Positions 12,181-25,000 of a DNA stretch of 64,000 nt are shown here, piece by piece. The notes beneath the pieces were generated by a model. It was not told the origin of the DNA. It searched no databases and saw only the letters and a program-made list of their open reading frames with translations. Position numbers and translations under genes: made by a program. The number at the start of each line of letters is the position of its first letter. Position 1 is the first letter of the stretch. Source of the DNA: Cycas panzhihuaensis. Its lineage: Eukaryota; Plantae; Cycadophyta. Where the stretch lies: contig CM041465.1 of the NCBI GenBank assembly GCA_023213395.1, positions 207,335,741 to 207,399,740 of the forward strand. The letters run 5' to 3'.

Positions 12181-13496
12181 ACATCATCACTACCATAGCG
12201 AGAAAATGAGGTAGGGTTTTTACCTTCTCCACCCCGCACCCCAAAAACTAATTTGTTTTCTATTTTTTTGCCTTATAATCTCGTCGGGTCTGCCTTTTAT
12301 TTTATTTTTGTTTTATTTTTTATTTTTTAATAAATCAAAAACCTTTTTAACTATAATATCACTTGATTAATTAAAACATCTTAAAACCCTCCCTTCACTT
12401 TATAAAACTATTTTTTATTCTTTTAATTCAATCAAATCAAATCCCCCCCCTTAACTTTATAAAAAATCCTTTTATCTTTTGATTTAAGTGAAATAAAACT
12501 CCTTTGTTTTTTAATTTAAATCAAACTTTGATGCTAACCATTATATCTTAAATACTTTGATTTCAATTAAAGTCCCACCCCTCTTCTTAAATTTTATAAT
12601 TATCTTTTAATTTTTCTTGATTCAAATGAATCAATGTCAAAAACTTTATTTTAATCTTAATACTTTCATGTAAATCAAAGTTTCCCCCCGTCAAAGTTAA
12701 CACTTTGATTTAAACCAAAAGTTCCTCCTATATTAATACTTTAAGCCCCCCCCCCCCTCACATTGTATTTTATACTTCGATTTAATTAAAACCCCCCTAC
12801 ATTATATACCTTGATTTAAAGCAAATGCCTCCCCTCCCTCCACATTATATTCCATACTTTGACTTTCCCTTCCCTTAATTTTTTTTTTTAAAACAAACTT
12901 TAAAACCTCTCCTATATTACCTTGATTAAAATAACTCTTATACCCTCTTTGTTTTAATACAAACATTTTATTAACATTTTTACAGAATCCTTCTCTCTTA
13001 AGTTTTTCTTCTTATAAGGTATATATAAACCTTATTTCCTTATTATTACTATCTCTCAATACATTTTTTAAATATAGTTAATACTAGGTAAATCTAATTA
13101 ATTTTTTTACCATTACATCTTTTAATTTTCCTTTAACACTTAATCTAATTTAATTCTTAACATTATAGACTTTTGTTTATAAAAAGGGAAACAAAATACC
13201 TAGTTTTTTAAAAATCACTTACTTCATTGTTTAATTTTTTCTAAAAGAGAATTCTTATTTTAAGGGAGTCAGTTTATTTTTCTAAAAGTGATTTTTTTTC
13301 CTAAGGGGGACTATTTTTTTAAAGAAAACTTTTTTCAAAAATAATTGCTTAAATTGTTGTTTGTTTCTTTTTAAAAACATATGATCTTTTTATCTTAAGA
13401 TGTCTTTGTGAAGATTAGTGTTTTTCATTAGGTAATTATTTTTCAAGTCACCGTCATAATTTTTTAAATCTTCAAATACACCTCAACACTCCCAAT

Positions 13497-16400
13497 ATGG
13501 CATTAATGCCAAGGACAGTCACCTATGTTCCAATTCCAGTGTTAATCGGCTTAAACTATGCCAACTGGAGGAATCGCATATCCCATCAGCTTAAACAGCA
13601 AAAGGTATGGCAATATGTAACAGGTGAATTTCAAAAACCAAAAGTTGATGCTACTAAGAATCTTATGGTATATCTGATGAACTCGGATGCCACATTAGGC
13701 ACCATATTAAATTCTCTTTTACCAAAAATTAGTTGGCAATTTTCTTCTCAGAACTTTAGTTGTACCTACTGTCATAAAAGAGGCCATACTATTGATATCT
13801 GTAGAAGTAGAATAGCCTCGGAAGCATGGAAAGCTTCCAAGGGATTGCAAAATAAACTGCAATCCCATTCTCAATCTCATTTCCAATCAAACTCTCAATC
13901 ACGATCATAAAATCATCAATTTCATAATCGTTCCTTGGCAGCAACAACTTTTACGTTTGTTGCTCCTTCCAATCGACCACCACAATGGATCATTGACTCT
14001 AGTGCATACCATCATATGACTGGACACTAGAAAACTTATCCACCTATCAATTTGAAATGAACTCTAAAGAAGAGATTTCGTTCGATAGTGGTAATCAACT
14101 CAAAGTTAAAGGATCTGGTGATGTTACCCTGAAGGATGGTTCAATCAAGGACATTTTTTACGTACCTGGTTTATTACCAAACCTCCTCTCAGTATATCAA
14201 ATTTGTCAAAAAGATCTTATTATCGAATTCTAGAAAAATAAATTTATCATTAAAGACCCATTACACAAATTCAAACATATTGCTTTAGGACCTGTTGATT
14301 ATAATACAAGTCTCTATAGCATGACTAGTTTTTAAAATAATAAATCAAAATCATTTAGTGCCTTCATTGCTAAATCTGACTCCGTCAGCAAACTTTGGCA
14401 TGCAAGATTTGGCCATACTAGCTATGAAAAATTTTAATATTTAATCAAGCATGAAATGGTCCATGGTTTACCACCATTAAATACTGTTTATGGTGTTTGT
14501 GAAGCCTGTGTGACAGGCAAACAACACATGGATCCATTTCCACATAAAACTCAATTCTGAGCAACTACTCCACTAGAACTTGTCCACTCTGATATATGTG
14601 GACCTTTTCATATTCCATCATATTCAAGATCTCGTTATTTTGTTACATTCATTGATGATTATTCAAGAAAATGTTGGTTTATATGCTCAAAACACGCAGT
14701 CAAGTGTTCGACATTTTCGTTGAATATAAAATATTAGTGGAAAATCAATTCAATTTAAAAATCAAAATATTCTGATCTAATAATACTAAGGAATATTTAA
14801 GTAAAATTTTTATCTCCCTCTACAAATCAAATGGAATTAAATTTCAACATTCAGTTGCATATACACCTCAACAAAATGGTGTTGCAGAACACAAAAACTG
14901 TACTCTTATTGAAATGACTTGTTGCATGTTACATGCAAAGAATATCAATCTAAAATTATGGGCAGAAGCAATTAACTATTCTAATTACTTATTAAACCAT
15001 TTACCCAATAAAAGTTTACAAAATGTCACTCCAGAACAAAAATGACCTGGAAAGAAACCATCTGTTCAACACTTACGAATCTTCGGTAGTATCATGTGGG
15101 AACATATTTCTCATGGAAAACGTAAAAAGTTAGATAAAAAAAGTCAAAAATACATCTTCATTGCCTATAGTGAAGAAAGTAAAGTATATAGACTTTTAGA
15201 TCCAGTCACACATAATATTTCTATTTTACGTGATGTAGTATTTGATGAAGAAGGATCTACTTCAACATCTACTTATGTAGAACTCCCTGTAGACTTATTA
15301 ACCAATACTCGTTTGGTTGATGATTCTAAAAAACAAGTTGATTCAGACATCATAGATTCTTTATCAACTCAAGTCTAAAATTGGACTTTATCAGAACCAG
15401 CTGATACAGATTCTTCTCTTCAACCTAGTACATCGAATCAACCTACAACCTCAGATTTAGTTACTCATAAGCAACCAACTTGGGCAACCAAAATACTTGC
15501 TGATGTTAGATCTAATGTAGGCAATCCTACTGATACTAGGCGCACACATATGCAAAAACTTCATACAAATTTTGCTTTAATAATAAAAATAATGGAAAAC
15601 AATGATCCCAAAACTTTTAAACAAGCCAACAACAATCCTGTTTGGTAAGACGCTATGCAGACTGAATTTGTTGCCTTAATTAAAAATTCTACCTAGGATC
15701 TTATTCCACTTCCACCCAGAAAAAATGTAGTTGACTATAAATGTGTTTATAGAACCAAATATAATTCAATAGGTGCAGTGGAAAAATATAAAGCTCGTCT
15801 TGTTGCCAAAGGATTTTCCCAAATAGATGGCATTGACTATAATGAAACCTTTGCTCCTGTTGCAAAGATGAATATAATCAAGACCATCATTGCTCTTGCA
15901 GCCAAATTTGGTTAGGAAATCCACCAAATGGATGTTAAGAGTGATTTCTTGAATGGTGATCTCAAAGAAGAGATCTACATGTCACAGCCACCTCGACTCA
16001 TTGAAAATCCTAATTTAGTCTGTAAACTTAAAAAATCCATTTATGGTTTAAAACAAGCTCCTCGAGCTTAGTATACCGAAGTTAATGATTACTTAATTCA
16101 CATTGGATACACTAGATGTATTAGTGATCTAAATCTCTATTTTAAACGTGAAGATGAAAATCTTACCATTCTAATTCTTTATGTTGATGATATTATTATC
16201 ACTGGATCATCAACCCATAATATTCATCATCTCAAATCAACCTTAATGAACAAATTTGAAATGACAGATTTAGGACTATTACATTATTTTCTAGGTTTAC
16301 AAATTTATCAAAATCAATCAAATATATCACTATCTCAACTTAAATATATTCTCGATTTACTTCAGAGGTTTAACATGGAAAATGCTAAACCTGTAACCAA

Positions 16401-17150
16401 TCCTTTACAATCAGGAGTTAAACTAACTACTGATTGTTCAACTCTATTATATGATCCAACTCTTTATAGACAACTTATTGATAGTCTAATTTATCTTACA
16501 TACACCTGCCCTGACATTTCTTATGATGTTGCTTTATGCTCCAGATGCATGCAACAACCACATGAATCTCACTGGAAAGCAGCCAAACGAATCTTACGTT
16601 ATATAAAGAATACCGTGTTTCATGGTTTAACTTATAACTTTTGTAATAAACCATCAGCATTAACTGGATATATTGATTCCAATTGGGCAGGTGATTCAAA
16701 TGATCGTAAATCTACTTCTGGTTATGTGTTTTTTATTGATTCCTCACCTATTACTTCGTCAAACAAAAAAATGTAGGCATTGGTGTTATCAACAACTGAA
16801 GCTAAATATCGAGTATTAGTCGAAGCTGGTAAAGAATCACTTTGGCTAAAATCTCTACTCAATGAAATTAGTCTGACTCTAAACTCTTCAATTGAAATTA
16901 AAGTTGATAATAAAGGTGCAATTACTATTGCTTCTAATCCTGTTTCATATTCTAGAACTAAACATATAGAATTACATCAGCATTTTATATGTAATCTAGT
17001 TACTGATAATATTATTTGTTTATCTTATTGTCCAACAGATTTATAGATTGCCGATATACTTACAAAGTCTCTAACTGAATTGAAGTATTTACATCTCAAA
17101 GATTTATTAGAGATAAAAGAAGTCTCCATCAAAGGGGGATTATCATGATG
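13497..17150 (+). pseudogene. Copia C gag-pol (stops and frameshifts)
   Basis: [107 protein letters not shown]. Confidence 0.96.
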
Positions 17151-17196
17151 AAGATCTTCTTTTCTCTCCAGTACAAAAGTTTACATTAAAGGGGGA

Positions 17197-17637
17197 TATT
17201 AGATTGTATAATGCAAACTTATGTATTTTAATGTAATTATTTATGTCACATGTCTAAAATATAATTTAAGTCATTGTAATGTTTTTTAACTTCAGTTTAT
17301 TTAATTAAATTTGTGGAAGGTTGTTGAAATTATGAAACTGCATTTCAACGAACCTCCTTAGTATTTAATCTCCTAAATTCCTGGAATATGTCCTAGGAAT
17401 CTAGGAGGGCTATCTTCATGCCTTTTTCAAAGGTTGGTTTGGTCTGTAGGTGGTTTCACCACATGGTTTTTGTTCAGTATTATTTTATTAATAAAACTAG
17501 AATTTAAGAGGTGGTTTTTTTTCCCCAGAAAGGGTTTTCCATCTATCAAATCTATGTGCATGTTCAATATCTAATATTTCCTGTGATGTTGTTAATTATG
17601 TGATCCTGTGATGTTGCTCATGCACCCATTTCCATCA
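17197..17637 (+). repeat. Copia C 3' LTR
   Basis: Match to 10828-11269. Confidence 0.96.
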
Positions 17638-17642
17638 ATTGC

Positions 17643-18440
17643 AATGGTTCAGGTTAGAGGGTAGTAAACTAGTTAATATTCCTCTTCTTGTTGGTTTAAA
17701 ATTATTAACTAAACAATGACCAAAGATTCACTAAGAAGTTAAAGACATGGTGTTTATCCCTTATGCTAGTGTTTTTGGTAGCTTGATGTATGCAATAGTT
17801 TACACTCAACTAGACATTGCCCATGCAATGGGAGTAGTTAGCAGGTATATGCCAAACCCAAGCAAGGAGTATTGGGTGGCTGTGAAAAGGATTTTCAGGT
17901 ATCTATGGGATACATCAGACTATGGAATTTGCCATCAAGAAGATCCCATAGAGAGTAGAATAATGAACTTGAGAGGTTTTATTGATGTTGATTAGGCTAG
18001 AGATCTTAACAGTAGAAGATCTATAAGTGAGTATGTTTTTACCCTTTGTGGTGGCATAGTCTATTGGATGAGTAAAACACAATAAGTTATAGCACTTTCT
18101 AGCACAAAAGCAGAGTATATGGAAGCTACTCATGTATGCAAGGAAGCAGTTTGGTTATAGAGATTATGCCCAGATATTGGCTTTAAGCAAGATGTTGTGA
18201 GGATAGATTGTAATAGTCAAAGTGTAATCTAGCTAACAAAGAATCCTATTTTTCATGCTCAGTCGAAGCATATTGATGTGCAGTTCCATTTTATGAGATA
18301 AATAGTTCAAGATCACAAGGTAGATTTGTAGAAGATTGCCATATAAGAGAATATTATAGACTCATTGATCAATATTGTTAGCACAGAGAAATTTAGATGG
18401 TGTAGAATTGCAATAGGTATTTATGATTTTGGCATTTAGT
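17643..18440 (+). pseudogene. Copia A RT C-terminus and RNase H
   Basis: IPYASVFGSLMYA, AVKRIFRYL, GFIDVD*ARDLNSRRS, SKHIDVQFHF. Confidence 0.93.
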
Positions 18441-18487
18441 AGTTGTATATGTAAGTTTTCTTGTAAAGTATACAATAAGTGGGAGAT

Positions 18488-18872
18488 TATTAGATATTTT
18501 GAACACTTTGCAAGTGTTACATGGGTATAGGTATTACACCTAATCCCTTTGTGTCTTACAGGGGTCTTTGTTGGCCCATGGTTTATACCCATTGTATTGT
18601 AAAACTATAAGGTGGTATCTTGTAATGTTGTGTCTATATATTCTTATATAATAACACATGTAATATATGGTTGTAGATGAGTCCATGTAAAGAATTAGGA
18701 TTTATTCATCTCTATAATTATTTAGCTATTACTTAGATTAATAAAAGGTCTATGCTTAAACCTGAATCTCTTGGCGTTCTTTGTTGAGTGCTTAGTTTTT
18801 TTATGCTATTTGTTCTTTACATGGTTTAAAGTTCTATTATCACATTGCTTCTGCAGTTATATTTTCTCTTCA
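18488..18872 (+). repeat. Copia A 3' LTR
   Basis: Follows the PPT; ends ctcttca, then the TSD. Confidence 0.93.
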
Positions 18873-18877
18873 TTATT

Positions 18878-19151
18878 CTCTAGGTTATTTTTATTATTTG
18901 TTATATTTTTTCATCCTGCTTCAAACTTTGTGGCACTGCATTAAACTTCACAGTACCATGAACTTTACCATAGGGCAATTATCCATTAATTACCACAGCC
19001 AGAAAATGGATAATATATTTTTTCTCTAATATATTTTTATCGCAGAAAATATATTTTGCTCTATTTTGTTAAGAAAGGAGAGGCAAGACCTCTCATTTCT
19101 TCTTGTTATTATTGTCCTATCCTAGGGTTTCCACTAGCCAACAATAGGACA
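18878..19151 (+). repeat. G1 5' LTR, right part (3' end provisional)
   Basis: Colinear with 34155-34875 except for ~460 bp missing. Ends ccactagccaacaataggaca, an imperfect inverted repeat of the LTR start. Confidence 0.65.
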
Positions 19152-21296
19152 GGTTTTGGCCCACTCTTAGGAAGGCAAAAGAAGGATAAATAGCTAGAGT
19201 TATGATTCCTAATGCTACTTCCTCTAGAGTAACCCCCACTTCTTAAGATCCCTTCATACCATACACACTCCATAAGCTAGTACATCCCATCAAGTGTGAT
19301 CCCTTCCATATTTGTAATGTTCACAATACTTGCAACGTTTGCCTCATTACTAGTTTGTGCACATCTTGCTTGCTAGAAACCATTATCATTTCTACACCTT
19401 GTTTTATAATATTTATAGCTTTTATAACATTTGCATCTTCTACAATATCTATAACTTTTATAAGATTTGTAACTTTTACAATACTTGTAGCTTTCACAAA
19501 CCCTTATACCTATTTTGTCTAAACCATTTATTTCCACCCAACTCACTATATGATACCTAACTATTTAGAAGGTGTTTTATTCATAGGATCTAGCCATCCT
19601 GAGGCTATCATCTTCTCTTTATTTCAACCCCCCTTTCCCCTTTTGTGGTTTCATAAGAACATTAATGCATGTAAGGAGAATAATATACTGATTGTCATTA
19701 CTTTTCTTTCATTATAAGAAGTAAACTTTTATTCTCACCAAGGTAGAACACACATGCACTCCTAGATATATATATATATATATATATATTCTTGTGGCTT
19801 ATAAGGGTTTACATGTGTTTTCCAAAGCATAAGAGATGTTGCCTTCCCACGCAAGTGAGGTGACACCATAGTAAAAAGGTACTACTCTCTATCTTCCTTC
19901 ACTTACCTTCTTTCAGTTCCATTATTTCATTTCATTTCCATTTTATTTGCTTTAAAGTATTTTGGAGAAGGTAAGGAAGAACCTCTCAAGCTTCCCCTAT
20001 GACACCCACTATGGAAAGGGAAATGAGGTTGTCAATAAAGAAGATACAAAGAGAAGAATCATGCCACTCCATTAACTGACACATTTTCAAGTGTACTCTG
20101 CTAACCTCCCCTTCTCTTCGCTCCTTTCTCCCCCTCTTTCCCTTTCAATAAAAAATATATTAAAAGGATAAGTATTCTATTTTCGTTTCTTTCATACACT
20201 TACATATCACATAAGGGAGGGAAAGCATAACATTAACTAAGCATCTTTTCTCCTTTCCTCTTGCACTAGAAATGAAATGTTGCATATTTCTTCTTTTCCT
20301 TTGACTCTACATGTTGTATATTGAAAAGGTACAATAAAAGTGCACTTCATCCCTTTCTTACACTAATAGGAAATATTATTACATCTTTCTCATTAGTTGC
20401 ATTGAGAAAAAGAAATAGTTACATATAGATAGTATTTTCATTCTCGCTCTTCCCTCTTGTCCCCTTAAATAACCTTTTGAGAGAAAAGGAATTAAGAGTG
20501 AGGAAGAGTAGTTAGCATCTCTTGCTTGTAACATAAACATTACAATAACTAAACATTGTAATAATTATTAGTTAGAAGCAAAACTACCCCCACCACAACA
20601 AATAAACAAATGACAACCTATCTCCCTTCTCCTCACAATTAGAGGAGAGATCTCCAAAACCTAATTACTCCCACTGCATCTAAGGCTAAATAACAAACTA
20701 GATATGCCCCCATGCACTTCCAATAACAATCACTCCTCTCTCTCACTTCTAGGCCTCCTTTCTACAAGGAACCATCACCCTCTTGCCTCCTCCTCAAAAG
20801 GAGGCCTTTCTTCCCTTCTCCCTTACCTTAAGGGTAGGAGAGCCCATCTACAGTTTCTCGGTAATCTGAGAATCCCTCTTTGCCTAACTGAACCCAAGAA
20901 AGTACTTAGAAAAAAGGGAAGGTCACTGCGCTATTTGTGGGTCCTTGATCCTATATTCTAATGCACAGGTTCCCTTTGAGGGTAACGTATCTCCTTTTTT
21001 TAGGTTTGTAGGCCCCTATTATAGTTATAGTATTAGCTTAGGAGTTCTAATATATAGTGAACCCCTAGAGGCACACTTCCATTGGTGACCATACTAGGGA
21101 TCCACTAGTAAGAAAATATTATAATTTCCCCTTGTGTTAGCATTGCTTTTCTCCTTTTGTCTATACCTTCTAGATTTATTGGGCAACCCCCAACACCTTT
21201 CCTTTTACTTTTACCCTTAGCTCTTCCAAAGTTCTAGGTGAGACATGAATGTGACGATTTTCTCATCATTTACAAGGTCTCCCTCCTACTTCAAAA

Positions 21297-21928
21297 TGTT
21301 GGATATTGTGGCAACAATTATGGGGCTAAAATTTTGGCATGTTTTTGGCGCGATTTCCCCCCCTAATTTTTCTCAGGGGGTTCCAAGTGAGATCCCCCTT
21401 GGTCAGTGGGGGGAGTGGAATGTCCCCTATTAGGAAGGGGTTTAGGGGTGATAGCCCCTGACCTAAAAAATTAACCATGTAAAGCATATTAAAATGTAAA
21501 GAGAATCAGGGTTGTTTGATACAAATACCCTAGATTCTACAGTTGAAATTCATGCCTTGGATACCCCTCTCATGTAGCCCATTTTAGAGATTTTCTTATT
21601 ATATTGTATGTAATGTAATGTACTATGAAGAGGGCAGCAACTATTTATTATTTTAGAGAGCACTCTGTAACTGAGATGTATTATTTCTCCATTCTACAAC
21701 AATAAAGATTGATACCTTTCCTATGTGGATGTTTTCCTAGAACACTGCTAGGGTTTTACCACATTATATTGGGTGCATATGTGATGTTTGGCTTTCATTT
21801 TTATGTTATTATATGATCTCTGATTTTAGAACTTGTATGTAATTTTAAGTTTTGATTTATATAACTAGTTGCAAGAATGCAATAGATCTTGGTGGTTGTT
21901 AAAGAGTTGGGACCTTGTATTCTCAACA
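21297..21928 (+). mobile_element. Copia solo LTR, related to the Copia E LTRs
   Basis: TGTTGG...TCAACA; degenerate TSD caaaa/cggaa; empty site cagaa in G2 (~37013); colinear with 47828-48490. Confidence 0.92.
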
Positions 21929-22099
21929 CGGAAGAGTCTCTATATTCCTTTATTCCCTTGTTAATTTTGAATTAGTTGTGGAGGGATATCTATCAGAATA
22001 GACATACTATGCCTATATTTCTAAAACATAACCACAAACTTCAACCTATTTCTAGGGTCTCGTCCAAGAGGGTAATGACCCTATCTTCTATATAGATGA

Positions 22100-25000
22100 T
22101 CAACAACACTCAGACCTCTACCATTTCTCCATACATGATTTAGGTGTGTCATCCGCTATGGAGTACCACCTCCCTAGACAAAGTGCCCATGGGGATTGAC
22201 CTATAGGTTCCACTTTATATGAGGAACCTTCCACCTCATGTGAGCAAGCGAGGACCTCTCTTGTAGATGTTGTAGAAGTGTTGCAATAGTGTTTCCAAGA
22301 TACAAGTGTCCAATTATCCCTAAAATGGATGGAAAGCATTCTTTGTAGTATGGCACTTCCTTCTTCCTTATATGTGCCTCTTAGTTCTTCCTAATCTATG
22401 CTAATAGCCATGATAGGGCCACTCCTATCATTCCATCTACTTAATGCATCTCTCATGTCCAAGGGACTATTTAATGTATGTTCATATCTCAAATTGGGTT
22501 GAGCATGCCTCTCACAAGTCAGGCAACCACACCCAAACTAACTATGGTTCATGCCCCTCTTACATAACTTAGGGAACCCTCATGTATCCTATCTTTGGGC
22601 CACACGAGATCCATCCTCATGTGTCCCCAATCTCAACTAAGAGATTCTTCCCTTTACCTACCCCCAGGATACACGTCCCAACCATGGAGGCATGGTAAGG
22701 GAAGTCCCCTTATGGTTTATGAGGTAGATTCACTTCACCCATATGGAGTCGCATCTCCTATTGGTGGCCTATATGGGCAAAATCCCATCCCACACCCACC
22801 TTTTTTGTCTTCATGTTCAAACTCATATATGATGCTTTTGTAAGGAGGATTTGCACATCCTCAAGGCTCTTTTTCCCATGCCCCCTCTCAATAAGGGGTA
22901 TACCCTCAAAGGGGAGTGGGCCCCTCTCATACACTTACCTACTTTCTAGCCTTCCCTTAAATAGGAATGGTTTCCTCCTACCAAGTAAGAGGGAATCCAT
23001 ATCTTCCTCATACTCAAACTCCTCAAGGAGAACTTGGGTATCTGTACCCACCTTCTTCTTCTTCTTTTGTCGACCCATTAACTTAACCAAGAGTTTACCT
23101 CTTCGTCGACTATAGGTCAACTCCACTATCCATTAAGGTGCTTAAGACTAACCTACCACCTCATCCCCCTTAAGGTACCTAAATTTGATGGGACCTTATC
23201 ACAGGACCCAACCAATAATGTCAAGAGATTCTCTACGGTGTGCACCGACTATTAGGCCTACGACCATATATTGATGAAACATTTTTCTCATTCTTTGCAG
23301 GGAGATATCCTCAAGTGGTTCTATCATCTCCTTACCTATTCCATTCATTCCTTCCAATGGCTTGTAGACAAATTCGTTAATTATTTTAATGTAGATCATC
23401 CTTTTGAGAGTGGAAGAAAAGCCGTACTCTCCCTTAAATAAGGTCACAAGGAGATGAACCATGACTTTGTGAGGTGCTTCCATGACCTTCTTCATTCCAT
23501 GAAGGCCATGTTGCCCAAGGAATTAAAGAGGGACCTTTTTCATAAATGCCTTCCATCTCAAAGTCCACATCCTCAAAATAGGGGCAACAATGTATGGCTC
23601 TACCATAGTTAAGTGCTTGGCGCTTAAGACCATTGAGATCTAGGTAGGTCTCAAGAAACCTCTCAAGTCATTGCAATGAAGAGAGGCATGCCCATCATCG
23701 CGCGACCAACGATCCCAACAACCTCTAAGGCCTTCTACCCACTCAACATAGAAGACCTTAGATCCATTAACTTCTGTTATATATTCATTCGAGTGTATTG
23801 TGAAGGAGCTTAAGCTCCAACCCTCTCCATCACCTTCACATTCCCATAAGCTCATCCATCATGCCTCCCAAGTTGCACCTCCCAAAAATAAAAATACTCA
23901 CTCTTCTAAAACTAGGAAAACCAAACCTTTCTCAGATAAGATGTGGTGCTCCATTCATGGTAAGTGCTTCCATAAGGACTCACTATGTTGTGCGTAGCAC
24001 CTAGAACTTTCCCTACCTCAAGACTCTTCCCCAAGATAAGTGTCTAAGCCTAATTTAGACCAACTTGTCCATCGAGATCCCTTTCCCAAACATGGAGAAT
24101 GGGACCAACATACCCAAAATAGGGGGAACAGGAATAGGAGGTGACCCCTGACCACTATTCCATGCAAGTGAAAGGAAAAAGGGCAAGGAACTTATCTTCT
24201 CCTACTAGTTCCCACCCTCAAACCTCTCAATCCCATAATAAGGGAAAGAGAGTTATCCAGAGTCCTCTAAAGACCATTCTTTTAGGCACTGTCATGAGAT
24301 CTCAAGTAGCCAAAGAGGCCATTGTGGCCTCCTCTTCACAACATAACTTTTCTTTGGATAATCTACCTTATAAAATTTTGGTAGTTCCTAAGACCATTCC
24401 TGTCTACTCTAGTCATTACAACTTCCAAAGGACATACCCCCAACCTACTAGGAAGGGGAAGTCCTTCTTGATCATTGACGAGCTTCATACTATGGCCACT
24501 AGAATGTCCATGATGGATGTCTTGCAAAGCTACCCTAAGCAGTGCACTCTTCTCCTTGAGGCTTTAGGTCTAACCGATGCTCTAAAACATGCCTTGGATG
24601 CTTCCCCAAAGTAGGAGCCTCTCATCACCTTTGATGTTAAAGACCTCCCTCTGGCAAGTGAAAGGGAGTGCCAATTTCACTATCCTTTCACCATCTTGAT
24701 AGACACTCTAGAATGCACTCTTAGAGGAATAGTTGTAAATAATGGTTCTTCCATTAATGTTATACACTTACGTATAATGCAGGAGTTGGGTATAATGGAT
24801 CTTGAGCTGGTCCCATGGCATTACCAAGTCAACGATGGTAGCGAAAAGACACCCTTAGGCTCAATTTCTATCCCCCTTGCCCTTAAGGATAAAACCATCC
24901 TCATGACATAGTAGTCCTTGATGTAGACATGGACTATAACCTATTGTTGGGATGCTCATGGTTTGACTAGATGGGAGCTATGTGCTCATCCTATTAGGGG

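Larger units (their letters stand above)
10828..17637 (+). mobile_element. Ty1/Copia element C (youngest; long leader, internally deleted gag)
   Basis: TG...CA ends; perfect TSD ATTGC (10823-10827, 17638-17642); LTRs of 442 and 441 bp; PBS TGGTATCAGAGC at 11270; PPT aaaggggga at 17188-17196. Confidence 0.97.
2523..18872 (+). mobile_element. Ty1/Copia element A (Tork/Tnt1-like), full length, degenerate, with two nested elements
   Basis: Paired LTRs; perfect TSD TTATT (2518-2522 and 18873-18877); PBS at 3018; PPT aagtgggagat before 18488; gag-PR-IN-RT-RH order. The empty site is visible in LTR2 (tattattctctagg, ~34150). Confidence 0.95.

Noticed and set aside
22935-23855. Minus-strand ORFs of 63-98 aa (and similar ORFs at 38015, 39987, 40383)
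   Set aside because: Shadow frames of Tat gag-pol.
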